DNA of 64,000 nt, taken from positions 42,472,001-42,536,000 of the forward strand of contig NC_087436.1 of the NCBI RefSeq assembly GCF_036321535.1. Reading direction: 5' to 3'. The notes beneath the pieces are model-generated. The model was not told where the DNA came from and ran no database searches. It was given only the letters and a program-made list of their open reading frames with translations. Positions 23,501 to 37,600 of this stretch are shown piece after piece. This DNA comes from Camelus dromedarius (lineage: Eukaryota). Position 1 is the stretch's first letter, and each line of letters begins with the position of its first letter. The position numbers and the translations under genes were made by a program.

Positions 23501-26239
23501 TCAATTGGAGGCTGGTTGATAAAATTTCACTTCCCCCGTTCAGTGAGTCTGGGAACTTCAGGAAGAAATCAGAGTCTTTGAAGGGCAACTCAGTCTCTAT
23601 AAGCACATTCCTCTTTTTAGTGAAACTGTAGCACTAATTTTTAACTTTGGTTTCCAACTTCTTGGCTGTCCAGTCTCCTCTGACAAGTGTGAGATGTGAC
23701 TGTACCTGCCCTCCTTGTTGGTTATAATAGCTAGATCAAAGTGGAGCTGCATCACCCTGCTGGATTCTACAGTAGAGCTATGACCTCCCTCACAGTTTCT
23801 TTTTAATACAGTGGTAAAAACGTAGGTCTATTCTCGCTCCTTTGACCTTCCCTTGTCCTTTTATTTTAGGAGATTTTTTTCTTTCTTCAACCAAGAAAAA
23901 TAAATCACATTTCCATTATAAGGTTCAAATAGTATTATAAAATTTTATGGAAGATAAAATTTATAGTTTTTTCTCTACATAGTTTGTAAAATGTATGTTT
24001 ACTCTCTTTTTTAAATTTCAGGAATCTATAGGAAAAAAATCAGATCTCCTAGAATTTTATTACCATATTCTGAATGTTCAAGTACCAATAAAGAGTTAAT
24101 ATAGGAGGGATGCATGAAATGTTTGTCTTTGGCTCATAAGTTATATGATTTATTTTATAATCTTGGTCCTTCCTGATTCTGTTTGCACTGAGATCCTTTC
24201 CTTGCTGCTTTCCTTGCTTGCTTTTGTGTCATAAGGGGAAGGTAGGGGTGGGAGGAATTGAGTCCCACCAGGCTTCCATGTCTCTTGGCTTCTGGCTGGT
24301 TCGGACTCAGGGAAGTGCTGGTGGGTCTTTGGAAAGAGGGAAGAAAGAGAGCAGCAGCCAGCCATATTCCTTCCTGGTCCCCCGGTGGCATTCCCAATTC
24401 GTTTTTTCTCTCTCTCCAACTCCAATTGATAGGCCCATTATGACTGCCTTCTCACAGATGACCCTGTGCTCTGAGCTTTGATAAAACTATCTCAACTCTT
24501 TCTCCCTCCAGCCTAGAGATGGTGGCTTCCTACAATTGTTAAATTCTGAATTACCTTGCCAACCTGATAGTGTCTTAATTCTTGTATAATATATGTAACC
24601 AATTACCTTCATTCAACTTCTTCTGCTTCAAATACTTAGTGTTTCCCAATTAATCACCAACTGACATCCAAGCCATTACATTAATATATATAACTATCTC
24701 AAGTTTACATCCATTATAAGTGGATCCACTTTAGTGCTGTGTTCTCAGTGGATCTTTAATGCTATTGATGGTGTTGATTATAATATGAAAATAAATGCAT
24801 ATTTTAACTCCTTTTCTCAGATTCCTCCTCAAAACCAAAAACAAAGTTGCTTTACCTATATAGGACTTTATATTTTAAAGAGCTCTATGATAGCAGTACA
24901 AGGTCAAATAATACTTGTGTAACTTTTGCTTTATATGAAGTAGTTTTCATATAAAGTATGGTTTTCTTTCTATTTTCTGCCAAAACACTAAGCATCCAGA
25001 CCTAATTTAGTTATAGACTGTTAGGTGCCAATTAACTAACAGTTGAATTCTGATATTTGTAAAAATTTTAAAATACTAGTGGCATGATGTTACTTATTTT
25101 CTGAGTAAAAAAATAGTTTCATAAAATATAATTTCAAAAATTCCATTTTTTCACAAAATTGAAATACTCAACTGAAAAGTGACTGATTTTATCACCACGT
25201 TAAGCAAGTGTATCAATTCCCACTTCACAGTTAGATAATGGTTAGTTATATACTTTAAGCGTTGTATTTTACAAAAATAATGTGCTCTGGTTAAACAGAA
25301 ATAGTAATTCATAGTCAATTAAATTCAGTAAGAAATTTCCCTTCGAGTCACTTAAAAACTGAACCAAAGCCAATAGGTCTTGCCTTCTAACTACAGAATG
25401 GCCCATTTACACAGCTTCTGCTAATGCAGTAAGACTGAATGGGCCAAAGCCTTCTGAGTTTTCGCCAAAAGACTTGGAAATTTCCTGTAATTACTACATC
25501 TGGGTATTTTGCTGGAATGATGTGTGAAAAGGATTAGAAAAGTATATGGGTAAATTGATATGATAATTGCTACAGCTTTGTTACATTTTATCATTTTATT
25601 GCAGTTTATGGGTTCAGCTTTGGTTGAATGGCTCTGCTTATTTTCTTTGCACAGGGCTTGAAATTTTTTCATGACAGACTTTCTGTTCCACCTACACACC
25701 ATTATCCTCTGGGGATATCAACCATTTCATATTCTGGTGTCTTTTTTCTCTAGCTAGAACTCTGTAGACAGAGCGAATACATATTCTAACACAGTGAGAA
25801 AATAATGTACATACCTTGCTTGATCCACATTTTTATTTGTGCAGAAGCAGAAACTTTGTCTAGACAATTAACACCAGGAGATTCCCAACAGTTATTTTAC
25901 TCACTGCCCTACTGCATTACTCAATACACTATTCTATAGTATCAGGTATATCCCCCTGGTAATCCACCTAAGAACCATTAAGAAAGTAGTCAACCGTAAG
26001 TCCATACTGGGGATAAAATTGGCTTTTCTATATAGTAAAACAGCTGGTTATGAAATATTTTAACAGAAAAATCACAAAGAAGTAGCCAAAAATAATAAGT
26101 AGACCTCTGTGATAAGGGTTTCTGCAAAGCAGGGGATGGGAGTAGTATGTGAGTATGGATGGAAATGGAAGAGGTTAGTGTTAAGAACTCTAAAAGTATC
26201 AAGGAGTGAATGAAAAAAGGCACAGTGAATGGTGGAGGG

Positions 26240-26850
26240 GAGATCCCCTGTGCCAACTGCTAACTAGTAACCATTCAACTCCAAACCCACTTTTCTCCTC
26301 TCTGCATTCTGATATTGAATCTGAGATTACAACCCACATTTGCCAGTTGGATCCGTGTTAGAATCTACCAATAGGGGGCACTAAAGAAAACTGGGTGCCT
26401 GGAGGAGGGATAAGGTACTTTCATCTTCCTGATTGCTTCCTGTGGACATCCTGGCCTCCTCTTGCTCTGTGACTATCATTCTAGCCATTCTTTTTCACCC
26501 CAGCAAGGGCAGTTCCTTCCCATAGAAAATACTGAATCCAGGTTTCAGTTCTTCCATAACCTGTACAAGTTCATCATGTGCTGCTGCTTCTCAGAGGCAC
26601 TACCCTCTGCTGGCTAGTTTCCTCTTCCATGGCTTGGTTCCCAAGTTTCTTAAGTTTTAGTAATTCCAGTCTCCTCCCTAAGGGTGTTTCTTGAAATTGC
26701 TACCTCCATGAGAGCTTATAGTTCTTTTTTACCCTTTCAATTACCTAACCAACAACTTTATACCTCATTAACAATTCATACAAAATTCTCTGTTAAATTT
26801 GTATTATGTCATTTCGGTTTCTCCCTTGGACCATGGCCGATACTGCACTC
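26240..26850. mobile_element. Old ERVL-class LTR (LTR33-like)
   Basis: aacccacatttgccagttgg...accaatagggggcact...aaattctctgttaaa motifs. Confidence 0.55.
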
Positions 26851-27059
26851 AAAGAGGCAACTAGATTATGAATTGTTCTTTAGACAGTTGTAAAACCCAT
26901 TCTACCGATATGTAAAGGTGAAAAGGACCCAGGATAGTGGCAGTGGAAAAGCATGGAAGATGCATGCTGTCACAAAAAGCTTGAACAATATTCTTTCTGA
27001 AAAATGCATTATAATAAGAAAGCAAGTCAGTGAAGGTCAAAGAATTAAAATGAACCTGA

Positions 27060-28010
27060 ACCTCCCTACAAATAAGAGTCCAGGACCGGATGGCTTCACC
27101 AGGGAATTCTACCAAACATACAAAGAAGAACTCATACCAGTCCTTCTCAAACTCTTTCAGAAGATTGAAAAGGAGGGAATACTCCCAAACTCATTCTATG
27201 AAGCCACAATCACCCTGATACCAAAACCAGGCAAAGACACTACCAAAAAAGAGAACTATAGGCCAATATCGCTGATGAACATAGATGCAAAAATCCTTAC
27301 CAAAATATTAGCAAATAGAATCCAACAGCACATAAAAAAGATTATACATCATGACCAAGTGGGGTTCATCCCAGGGACACAAGGGTGGTTCAACATATGC
27401 AAATCAATCAATGTACTATATCACATCAACAAGAGAAAGGACAAAACCACATGATCATCTCAATAGATGCAGAAAAAGCATCTGATAAAATTCAACACCC
27501 ATTTATGATAAAAACTCTAACCAAAGTGGGTATACAGGGAACATATCTCAACATAATAAAAGCTATATATGACAAATCTACAGCCAGGATAGTACTCAAC
27601 AGTGAAAAACTCAAAAGCTTCCCACTAAAATCTGGGACAAGACAAGGCTGCCCACTATCACCACTCCTATTCAACATAGTCTTGGAAGTCCTAGCCAAAA
27701 GCTTCCCACTAAAATCTGGGACAAGACAAGGCTGCCCACTATCACCACTCCTATTCAACATAGTCTTGGAAGTCCTAGCCACAGCAATTAGGCAAGAAAG
27801 AGAAACAAAAGGTATCCAAATTGGAAAAGAAGAGGTAAAAGTGTCACTATATGCTGATGACATATTACTATATATAGAAAACCCTAAAAGATCCACACAA
27901 AAACTACTAGAGCTGATCGAAGAATTCAGCAAGGTAGCAGGTGACAAGATTAACGTTCAAAACTCAGTTGCATTTCTTTACACTAACAATGAATCAACAG
28001 AAAAAGAAAG
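27060..28010 (+). mobile_element. Young L1 ORF2 reverse-transcriptase fragment, 5'- and 3'-truncated, TSD-flanked
   Basis: [25 protein letters not shown] (twice) and YADD. 1-bp frameshift near 27445. Perfect TSD taaaatgaacctga (27046-27059 and 28011-28024). Confidence 0.95.
27612..27779 (+). repeat. Perfect 84-bp tandem duplication inside L1 ORF2
   Basis: 27612-27695 is identical to 27696-27779. Confidence 0.95.
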
Positions 28011-28479
28011 TAAAATGAACCTGACCTTGAGGGGAGTTGAGAACACAGAACTTCTGACTTCTAGAGCATCAGAGCTCAACCTACCTCCTAAATCATCTAT
28101 GTTTCAATCCTACTGACTATGTATGAATTTCAGAAAGATATGTAGACATCATGGGTGTTAGGACTTCATGAGATATTTAGCATTAATAATGAAGCAGAGT
28201 AAAAACAAAATTTGTTATGTATCTCTTTATCAAGTTTATTTATATAAATCATCAGCTAATATTATTTTTATGAAGGGTGGATAAGACTGCCTTTTCCATT
28301 AATATGCTGATATTAATAGAAATTCTAGGAGTATAAAGCAAATGAAGTTATTATCCTTCACCAAATTAGTCATCATGAGATATAATTTAAAAAATATGGC
28401 TGATTCGGAATCTAAAGAACAGAGATTTATACATTGATCCATTTGTTATTTCCAGTTAGAACATGTGTAGAATAAAGAG

Positions 28480-29340
28480 CTTTATGAAGAAACCAAAGAA
28501 CTGAAAGAAAATATAGGTGAATATATACATTATTGGGATGAAAAAGAACTTTTAAGACAAAATAATGTCAGAGACCATTAAAAGGAAATTTTATAGACTT
28601 GACCACATTAAAATTGAAGCATCAGTACCTCAAAAATGACCACAAATAAAAAGTAAAAGACAAACTGAAAATATTAATTTTACAAACCTTAGTATATTTT
28701 ATAAATAAGCAATCATAAATCAATATAAAATGCTGAATGTACTAATACAAAAAAGGAAATGGTAGTTAATATATAATTCATAAAAAGAAATACCACTAGT
28801 CAATAAACGTATTTAATAATAATAAATGCATTAGATGAGATATTTTCCATGTGTCAAACTAACAAAGTTTAAGGAAATGGGCACTTTACACACTACACTG
28901 GGGTTGTGGAAGAGGATACTGCTTAAACATTTTCATCAAACAACTTGACAAGGGATTTTTTTTTTTAACTTTAAAGTATTTATACCTTTTAACCTAGTAA
29001 TTCTTTTCCTACAAATTAATCCAACAAAAATGATCAGAAAAGTGGGCAAAATCTATACTGAAATTATTTACAATTCCAAAACAATTCAAATAACTGCATT
29101 AGAGGATTAATCATGTTGTTATAATATTATAAAAATTAGAATATTAAAATATAATATTTGTTGATATTGGAGAAAGTCAATATTTTATTTGCTCAAAAAA
29201 CAAATATATATGCCTCATGATGTTATACTGTACTGTGCGAGGCTGTATTCTATTGATACGTGTATTTCTACTGAAAGGAAATATGACAAAATGATAAAGG
29301 ATATTTATGGGTGGTGCAAAATTGGTGACTTTGAAAATCT
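28480..29340 (+). mobile_element. Old L1ME-type ORF2 end and 3'UTR
   Basis: Degenerate aaagaaaatataggtgaatat...tatacctttta acctagtaatt motifs. Confidence 0.55.
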
Positions 29341-30704
29341 GTGCCTTTCCAAGATTTTATTTTTGGCTGATTTTCTTTTCATTCTCCTTGCCCTCCCAAA
29401 TCTACTTAAATGTAGTACTAAAATTTCTGTGTCTCTCAGTTTTCTGAGTTCCTTCTCAGATTGCAGTATTTTTTTGTAGTTCTTAATCATTTGCTTTTAA
29501 GGTTTTTGCAGTTAGGAAGGAGAAGTGAATACAGAAAACTATAAATTAAAATATTTCACAAAACTAAATAATACATTCATAAGTTTCACTCTCATTATGT
29601 AGTATTTAGGGAGTGTCTACAAATTATCTCACCCCTGATAATTTTCCATTTCCTCTCTCTAAATTAAACCCTGATTCTGAACTCCAGTTAGAATGATTAT
29701 GAAAATAAGGTGCATCATTTGGAGAAAGACTGTCCCTTATTTATACAAGGTTATATGTGCCATATTAACAGTTTCCCAAATACATGGGTATTTACTTTGA
29801 GAATGGAATTATTCCTTTAACATTTTCTTTACGGTGAAGTTTTAAAAGCATTAGAACTAAACTTCTCAAGCTCTTTTTGAAACCAGATGAGGAAAATTCT
29901 TAAAGATATTTACTTCTCTCTAATCTCAGCATTTTTCTTTAAAGGAAAAAAATAAATATTTAAAAGTTCTATGTAATAGTCAACTTGAAATAAGTAAGTT
30001 GTAGTCAATAATACAAGGAAGGTATTTTTTCCACATTTTCCGAGCACATTAAACCAGTCAGGCACAGATGTGTAAAGTTTCTCAGAAGAACCTACAATAT
30101 CAGGACATTATTTAACCATAGTAAAAAAACACTTCTCTTATTCCACACTGTTGAAACAGGGTCACCAGTGTTTAAAATGAAAAAAAAATTATTAAAGATG
30201 AATGGAAAGCCTTATCAAGTTAATTTCATGCTATTTCACCATAAATTCCTTTTAGTCCTCTGGGTTTTATTTATTATGGCATGCTAGTAAAGTACATATT
30301 AGAAAATGGTTACACCATGGAACAGTTACTGATGGCCACATTAAACTTAATATGTGGCAGTTTAGAGATTTGTCAGTGTAAATGCCACTTTCTAAACTGT
30401 AAGGGAGGTATGCTATGTTTGTTCTATTTAAGATGGTTTCAATCTAACAGAGGAATTAATACAAGAAATAACTGATAATTGTGAAAATATCACAATAAAA
30501 AATATATGCAAAGCTTTCTTTTATTTGATACTGGAATCGGAAAAGAGTAATTAGAGAATGCCCGGATAACTAGACACAAATACCAACAATTACTTTTCAT
30601 TGTATTTAGTGAAACACACAAGTTCAAGCAAAAGTATACTTGAATATCCTTCTTAATTACAAATTCACTTATTGTTTTTTCCTTTCATTAAAAATGTACT
30701 TGTG

Positions 30705-31006
30705 TGAACCTATTTACAAAACAGAAACAGACTCACAGACATAGAAATGGTTACTGGGGGTAAAGGGGTAGAAAGGGATAAATCAGGAGTTCAAGATTCA
30801 CAGATACTAACTACTATACATGAAATGAACAACATGCTTATACTGCACAGCACAGGGAAGTATATTCAGTATCTTGTAGTAACCTATAATGAAAAAGAAT
30901 ATGAAAACGAATATATGTATGTATATGTATGACTGAAACATTATTCTGTACACCAGAAACTGATGCAACATTGTAAACTGTACTTCAATAAAAAAGCCCC
31001 TCCCTC
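30705..31006 (+). mobile_element. 5'-truncated cetartiodactyl-type L1 3'UTR
   Basis: tttacaaaacagaaacagactcacagacataga...cttcaataaaaaa. Confidence 0.85.
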
Positions 31007-31019
31007 AAATGTATTTGTG

Positions 31020-31829
31020 GATAAAAGCAAAAATAAACAAATGGGACCTAATTAAACTTCTAAGGTTTTGCACAACAAAGGAAACTATAAACAAAACAAA
31101 AAGACAACCTATGGAATAGGAGAAAATATCTGCAAACAATGCAACTGACAAAGGCTTAATTTCCAGAATATGTAATAGGGAAGGACAAACCTGACTCCAC
31201 ATTAGATCTGTTCCTTTGGCTCTAAGCCTGTGCTCTGTTTCCTGTGCTTAGTCATGCTGGTTCTGCACCTTTTGTAAAAGAATATTGCCTAGAGCCTGAA
31301 ATATACAGGATAGCCCATTCTCAAGGCTCTGACCTTTAAAGGTACAACACTTTAATGGTACAACACAATACAACAAAGAATAAAATAATGACATTTGCAG
31401 CAACATGGATGGCTCTGAAGATTGTCATACTAAGTGAAGTAAGCCAGAAAGAGAAAGAAAAATACCATATGGTATCACTTATATATGGAATCTTAAAAAA
31501 AATGAAACAAATAAACTTATTTACAAAACAGAAATAGACTTACAGACATAGAAAACAAATTTGTGGTTAACAGGGAGTAAAGAGGGGGGTGTGGAGGGAT
31601 AAATTAGGAGTCTTGGATTTGCAGATACTAACTACTATATATAAAATAGATAAACAGCAAAGTCCTACTATATAGCACAGGGAACTATATTCAATACTTT
31701 GTAATAGCCTATAATGAAAAAAAATATGAAAAGGAATAAATATATAACTGAGTCACTATGCTGTACACCAGAAATTAACACAATATTGTAAACTGACTAT
31801 ACGTCAATAAAAGAATTAAAAAAAAATAA
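31020..31829 (+). mobile_element. L1 3' part carrying an LTR fragment (31171-~31355)
   Basis: ORF2 piece (aaatgggacctaattaaact), then tgtaatagggaagg... LTR-like sequence, then ORF2 end, 3'UTR and A-tail. Confidence 0.75.
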
Positions 31830-34636
31830 AAAAGTATTTGTGAAGAAAAAATGAAGCTAATGATTTTAAAATACAAGTTCATTGTATTAATAAATATAAT
31901 TTCACACTTTTTCTTACAAAATCAAGTATTTTATATAAAGTTAAATTATAATTTATTTCTCATATAAGCACATCTTTCCTGTCATTCTTTTACTATCACA
32001 CAGTATGGGTATACCATATTTAAACTAGACGGTATCTGTATAGGTATCATATAGCTTTTACCTGGTCTATCAAGTAAATCATGTTTTTTTTTTTTCAGAA
32101 TGAAGAACAATTTTTATTCTAAGTACCATGCTTTTATTCATGAGAAAAATTAACAACTTTTCACAAGTGAAGAAACTACCCCAGTTAAATGCTATAAACT
32201 TGAAATTCTCCAAAGATATGACTGTGATGGAGCCTAGAGCTATGCAGTAGCATGTACTGCCTATCCTGGTACATGACAAATGACCATTTGCTTTAGCATT
32301 TTCTAAAATTATTCTAAAGCCAGTTCTTTTTCAACATTGTGAGAAATACTAAACTGGGACTTAAAACTTTGCTTTGATTTCTTTTGCTCTGAGTTTCCAG
32401 TCAAGACCTTGAAGAATATACCTTTCTCAAGAATATTCTCAGTGTGACAGCTCCAGTCAGGGAGGATGGGTGAATTGAGCTTTCAGAAGCCTGGAGGAAA
32501 AGATTTCACTCCCTTTAATGCCAAGCCCAACAAGAAGGCAGTTTCTACATAGGAGAGATTATGCTCCTCCACAAACATTACTATCTCATTAGTTTTTCTC
32601 AAATATTGAAATAACTGGACTTGGAAACTTCTTTATTGTCTTTGTTTAAGAAATGAGACAGAAAATGAAAACCTCTTTAACAAAAAGCCTCAGTAAGACT
32701 GTTCTTTAAGGAATTCTATTAACCAAGGTTTTCCTCACTCTTGGCAGTGGAACTGCTGCCCTATTTGGCAGGGAGGAGCCTCCCAGTTTATTTTGCCTCC
32801 TAAAAAACAAATGCTTTAATTTTGACTGAACCTACACTCTATATCAAGTATTATATATAATTTACTATCTGTGGTTATACATAAAGTAACTATAAAGAAT
32901 GTAAAAATGCAATTTTGATATCAGGATTTAGCCACTTCTCACGTAGGACTCAGGGCATTTTTAAGCTTCGAGCATTCTGAGCTCATCTGCTTCTTTCTCT
33001 GCTTGTCACACAGCACTCCTAACTCATTCAGCTGTCCTGACAGTATGTATCCTGTTCTAGTTTCCTTAAACAGACAACTCAATCCAAGTCCTCTGTGTCT
33101 GGTCTGACTGTGGTTGATATTTTTATACTGGTTCAGCATTCAAATGCCAAAGATCTTCGGAAAGAGATGTTAAAATATTTATCGTAAAAGAAAATCCACC
33201 CCCAATACAAATGGAAGCTGAAAATAGATGAAATACTATATTTTAAAAGTGATCACAACTATATTTATTTTGCTATAGTGAATACCATTTTATAGTCACC
33301 ACCGATCACCCAGAACAGCACCCAAAATTTTTACAGAAGTAAATTACTTCATGTCCAAAACCAGTTGGTTTATATTATACCCACTACAAATTACAACTAA
33401 GAACCTATGTATCTAGAAAATACATTTGCTTTTTATATTTACTTCTAGCCCACCTTTCCTCTCCCAGTCTTTTAGGAGCATGAACCATAGTAATAACCAG
33501 TGCATCTTAGTTTACTGGCTTTTCACATAGTTAAAGATAGTTTTAGATAATGAATGTGAAAACACTGGACAAGTACAGAAGCCCATATAAAACCCTGAAT
33601 TATAATGGTAAAGAGGTCCAGAGGCCTAAAAAAAAAAAACTTCATAGGATGTGTACGGAACATGTTGAAAAAGAGAGTGACGAGTAGCTAAAGAGGAATT
33701 TAGGGAAGAATAATTTAAATATAAACTTAATTTGTGGCATTAATCAAATTACATACATTGATTACTTGACTTGAAAAACATTCAGGTTAAAAATCTCCTA
33801 CTTTATTTGCTTGTAACTTCTTTCCCTCTTTTACTTTTTTGTACTCTTAACAGTTTTTGATTTACACGTTATGGAACTATGTTATCTGAAACATGAATAT
33901 TTGTGATATCTACATTTTTGTTGTAGGTTATACTTTTGAATATGTACAATTTTCATTGACATTTTTAACTCTGTTTGCCTTGAATTATTATATAATCTAT
34001 TACTGTTATTGCTGTCCTTGATTTCTTTGTGCTTTCAATGACTGGGTGATATTTACAATATTTATTTTAACATTTTTTAGTTAAATATTTTACATATCAC
34101 TGAAGTAATTTACATTTCTTTTAATAAGAATTTGAACTCAATCATATTTATTATAAAATGTACAAGTTTGCTTATTTGTGATTTTATTTTATATTTCCTT
34201 AGCAGTTTTAATGTTTCTTTTTTTATTTTTATCTTCATGTATTGAACATGGTTTCTTAGCTGAAGCTTTTTCTTTAATGACTTAGATGTTCTATACCTTG
34301 TTTTTAATTCTGTCAATAACTATTTTCGTATCTCTGTAAATGTGAGCATGTATTTCTCTATTATTATCAATAGAGAAGCAATAATGACTCACTGTCCCAT
34401 TTTAAGGTAAAAATTTTATTCTATTCCCCAAATGTCTCCCTCATACTTCTTTTTGTTTTTGTTGTTGTTGTTGTTTTGTTGGAATGATCCAAGAACTTAG
34501 CTCTAGATTTTATTATTACTCTACACTGTTTACATGTCCTTTTATGAACTATTTGGCAGCTGCATTCTTTTATAATAATATTAACAACTTTTAGACAATA
34601 ACTTCAAGTTACATGGTCTCATTATCCATTTCTTTT

Positions 34637-37600
34637 TCTTTTTTCTTTTTTTCCCAGTTGTATCATTGTATTTATTTTAGCGGGCAAAAAGTGTCCACTT
34701 GTGTGTGCATTTTAAATTCTTTATTTTTTTTTTTACATTTTTTTACTGAGTAATAGTTATTTTACAATGTTGTGCCAAATTCTAGTGTAGAGCACAATTT
34801 TTCAGTCATACATGAACATATATACATTCATTGTCACATTTTTTGTTTTGCTAAGAGCTACCACAAGATCTAGTATATTTTGCCCTGTACTATAGAGTAT
34901 AATCTTGTTTATCTATTCTGCATTTTAAAATCCCAGTCTGTCCCTACCCACCCCCTGCCCCCTTGGCAACCACAAGTTTGTATTCTATGCCTATGAGTCT
35001 GTTTCTGTTTTGTATTTATGTTTTTGTTTTTGTTTTTTTTTTAGATTCCTCATATAAGCGATCTCATATGGTATTTTTCTTTCTCTTTTTAGCTTACTTC
35101 ACTTAGGATGACATTCTCCAGGAGAATCCATGCTGCTGCAAATGGCGTTACGTTGCTGGGTTTTGTGGCTGAATAGTATTCCATCGTATAAATATACCAC
35201 CACTTCTTTACTCAGTCATCTGTTGATGGATATCTAGGTTGCTTCCATGTCTTGGCTATTGGAAATAGTGCTGCTATGAGCATTGGGATGCAGGTGTCAT
35301 TTTGAAGTAGGGCTCCTTCTGGATATATGCCCAGGAGCAGGATTCCTGGGTCCTATGGTAAGTCTATTCCTGGTCTTTTGAGGAATCTCCATACTGTTTT
35401 CCACAGTGGCCTTCCTTGCTTCCCTCTCCCACTCTTAATGATTTAGATGTCTTCTTTCACAATTTTGTGTTTATTCTTTTTGTAATTCATGGCAGTTATC
35501 TTCTTTCCAGTTATGAGTTTCTCATTTTTGTAGCATCCTGCTTCTTTTCTATTTAGAGTAGACCTGTCAATATTTCTTTTAGCATGGGTTTAGTGTTGCT
35601 AAACTCTTTCGAGTTTTTGCTTGTCTGTGAAGTTCTTTCTCTCTCCTTCTATTCTAAAGGATAGCCTTGCTGGATAGAGTATCCTAGGCTGCATCTTTTT
35701 TTCATTCAGGACTTTGAATATATCTTGCCACTCCCTTCTGGCCTATTGTGTTTGTGTAGAGAAATCAGCTGAGAGCCTTATGGGGGTTCCCTTGTAACTC
35801 ACTCTTTGTTTTTCTCTTGCTGCCTTTAGGATCATTTCTTTATCCTTGACTCTGGCCATCTTGATTATGATGTGTCTTGGTGTGAGTCTGTTTGGGTTCT
35901 TCCTGTTTGGGACCCTCTGAGCCTCCTGTACTTGAATATCTGATTCTTTCTTTAGGTTTGGGAAGTTTTCAGTCATGATTTCTTCAAATACCTTTTCAGT
36001 CCCCTTTGTTCTTTCTTCCCCTTCTGGAACCACTATTATGCGTAGATTGGCATGCTTTATATTATCCCATAGGCCCCTTATATTGTTTTCATTGTTTTTT
36101 ATTTGTTTTTCTCTCAGCTGTTCTGATTGGGTGCTTTCTGTTGTCCTGTCTTCTAGGTCACTTATTCGTTCCTCTGCATTATCTAGCCTGCTTTGTACAG
36201 CCTTTAGGTCAGCTCTCATCTCAGCAAATGAGTTTACTAATTCTACTTGGTTCTTCTTTACAGCTTCTATTTCATTTTTGACATATTTTATATCTCTAAA
36301 CACTATTTCTTTAAGTTCCTTCAGTACTTTGATCTCTCCTTTTTTGAAATCTTGATCTAGTAGGCCATCAATGTCTATTTCCTTGATTGAGCTTTCAGGG
36401 GATTTCTCTTGCTCTTTTAATTGGGAGTGGTTCCTCTGCTTCTTCATATTGCTCATATCTCTCTGGCACTGTGGCTTAAGGAGTATCAGTTATCTAGTTC
36501 TCCTGTAGATGGTGTGCTCTTAATGATTTTATCAAGAGGTCTTTGTGTTTTCGCCGTTTCGCGAACTCAGCTTGCTGTTTCCAGAGGCCCTCTGTTGGCG
36601 CCCTCATCTGTGCTGCTCCCAGCGGCTGTCAGCTAGCACATCACGCCCTCTTCTAAAACTGGGTCAGGGGCTGAGCTCTTAACTGGTGGGTGGGTGGGTC
36701 ACTCCCCCTCCCGATGCCAGTCATATGCTGCGCTCGGGGGTCAGGTGGGCGGGTTGTGCCCCCTCCCAGCACCAGGGTCAGGTGCTGCGTTCCTGCCAGG
36801 AAGGCTGGTGGCTGCCTGCCCTCTCCCACCGTTGGTCGCTCCGCTGCTCTGTGCAGCTGCCTGCTCCACCTAGGGTTGGTGCTCCAAAGGCGGGCTCGGG
36901 GAAGACTGCAGAACGGCCTCGCCCCTGCTTCGTGCCAAATCTCAGCTCCTTGTTTGTCTTCGTGGTGCTAGTTCTCTGAGGTGCCAGGGCAGAAAAATCC
37001 TATCGGCCTTGGGCTGTAAACAAGTCTCAGTCCTGCCTAGGAGGTTGAGGAGCCCCCAGTGTGGACTCAGGTCTCAGCCCCGCCCCAACCCTGGCTCTGC
37101 ACACAGGAGGAAATGGCGGCTGTGGCTGCGCCCTGCCTCTCTTCTCGGGAGATGCACCAGTAATGGCGGTGCAGGTCTGAGGAGACAAAGTCGCCCCTCC
37201 CCCCAGGGCACACCAGCCGTGTTGCTTTGCTTTTTTTGCAATTTATGGGGGACAGAGGTTGTTCTGCTCCATATCCCCTCCCACCACGGTGCGCAGCCCC
37301 CTTCAGTCCCCGGGGCTGCCTCAGTTCAGCTGCCACAGTCCTCCGCCTGGCTAGGGCGGCCTGTCCCGGCCCCCAGCTGCTGGCTCACATCTCAGGCTGG
37401 GTGTCACAGGGACCCTTTGTGCCCGTTTAACTCAGTTCTGTCAGTCAAGGGGTGCTCGGGGCAGATCTGAGCCTCAGAGGCTCCCTCTCCATCCTGCTGG
37501 CTCTCCATTGGAGAGGGGCGACCCAGCAAATGAGTGCCAGTCCTTCTTTGCCGCTCCCTCTCTGTGGGATCAGTCCTTCACTGTTTTGCTTTTTCTTATT

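Noticed and set aside
26918..27059. N-terminal extension of the 178-aa ORF as a host-L1 fusion gene
   Set aside because: Flanking DNA is open by chance upstream of the TSD, and the ORF is frameshifted downstream.
27492..27947. 151-aa minus-strand ORF (similarly 35975-36355 on plus)
   Set aside because: Antisense shadows of L1 ORF2 and ORF1.
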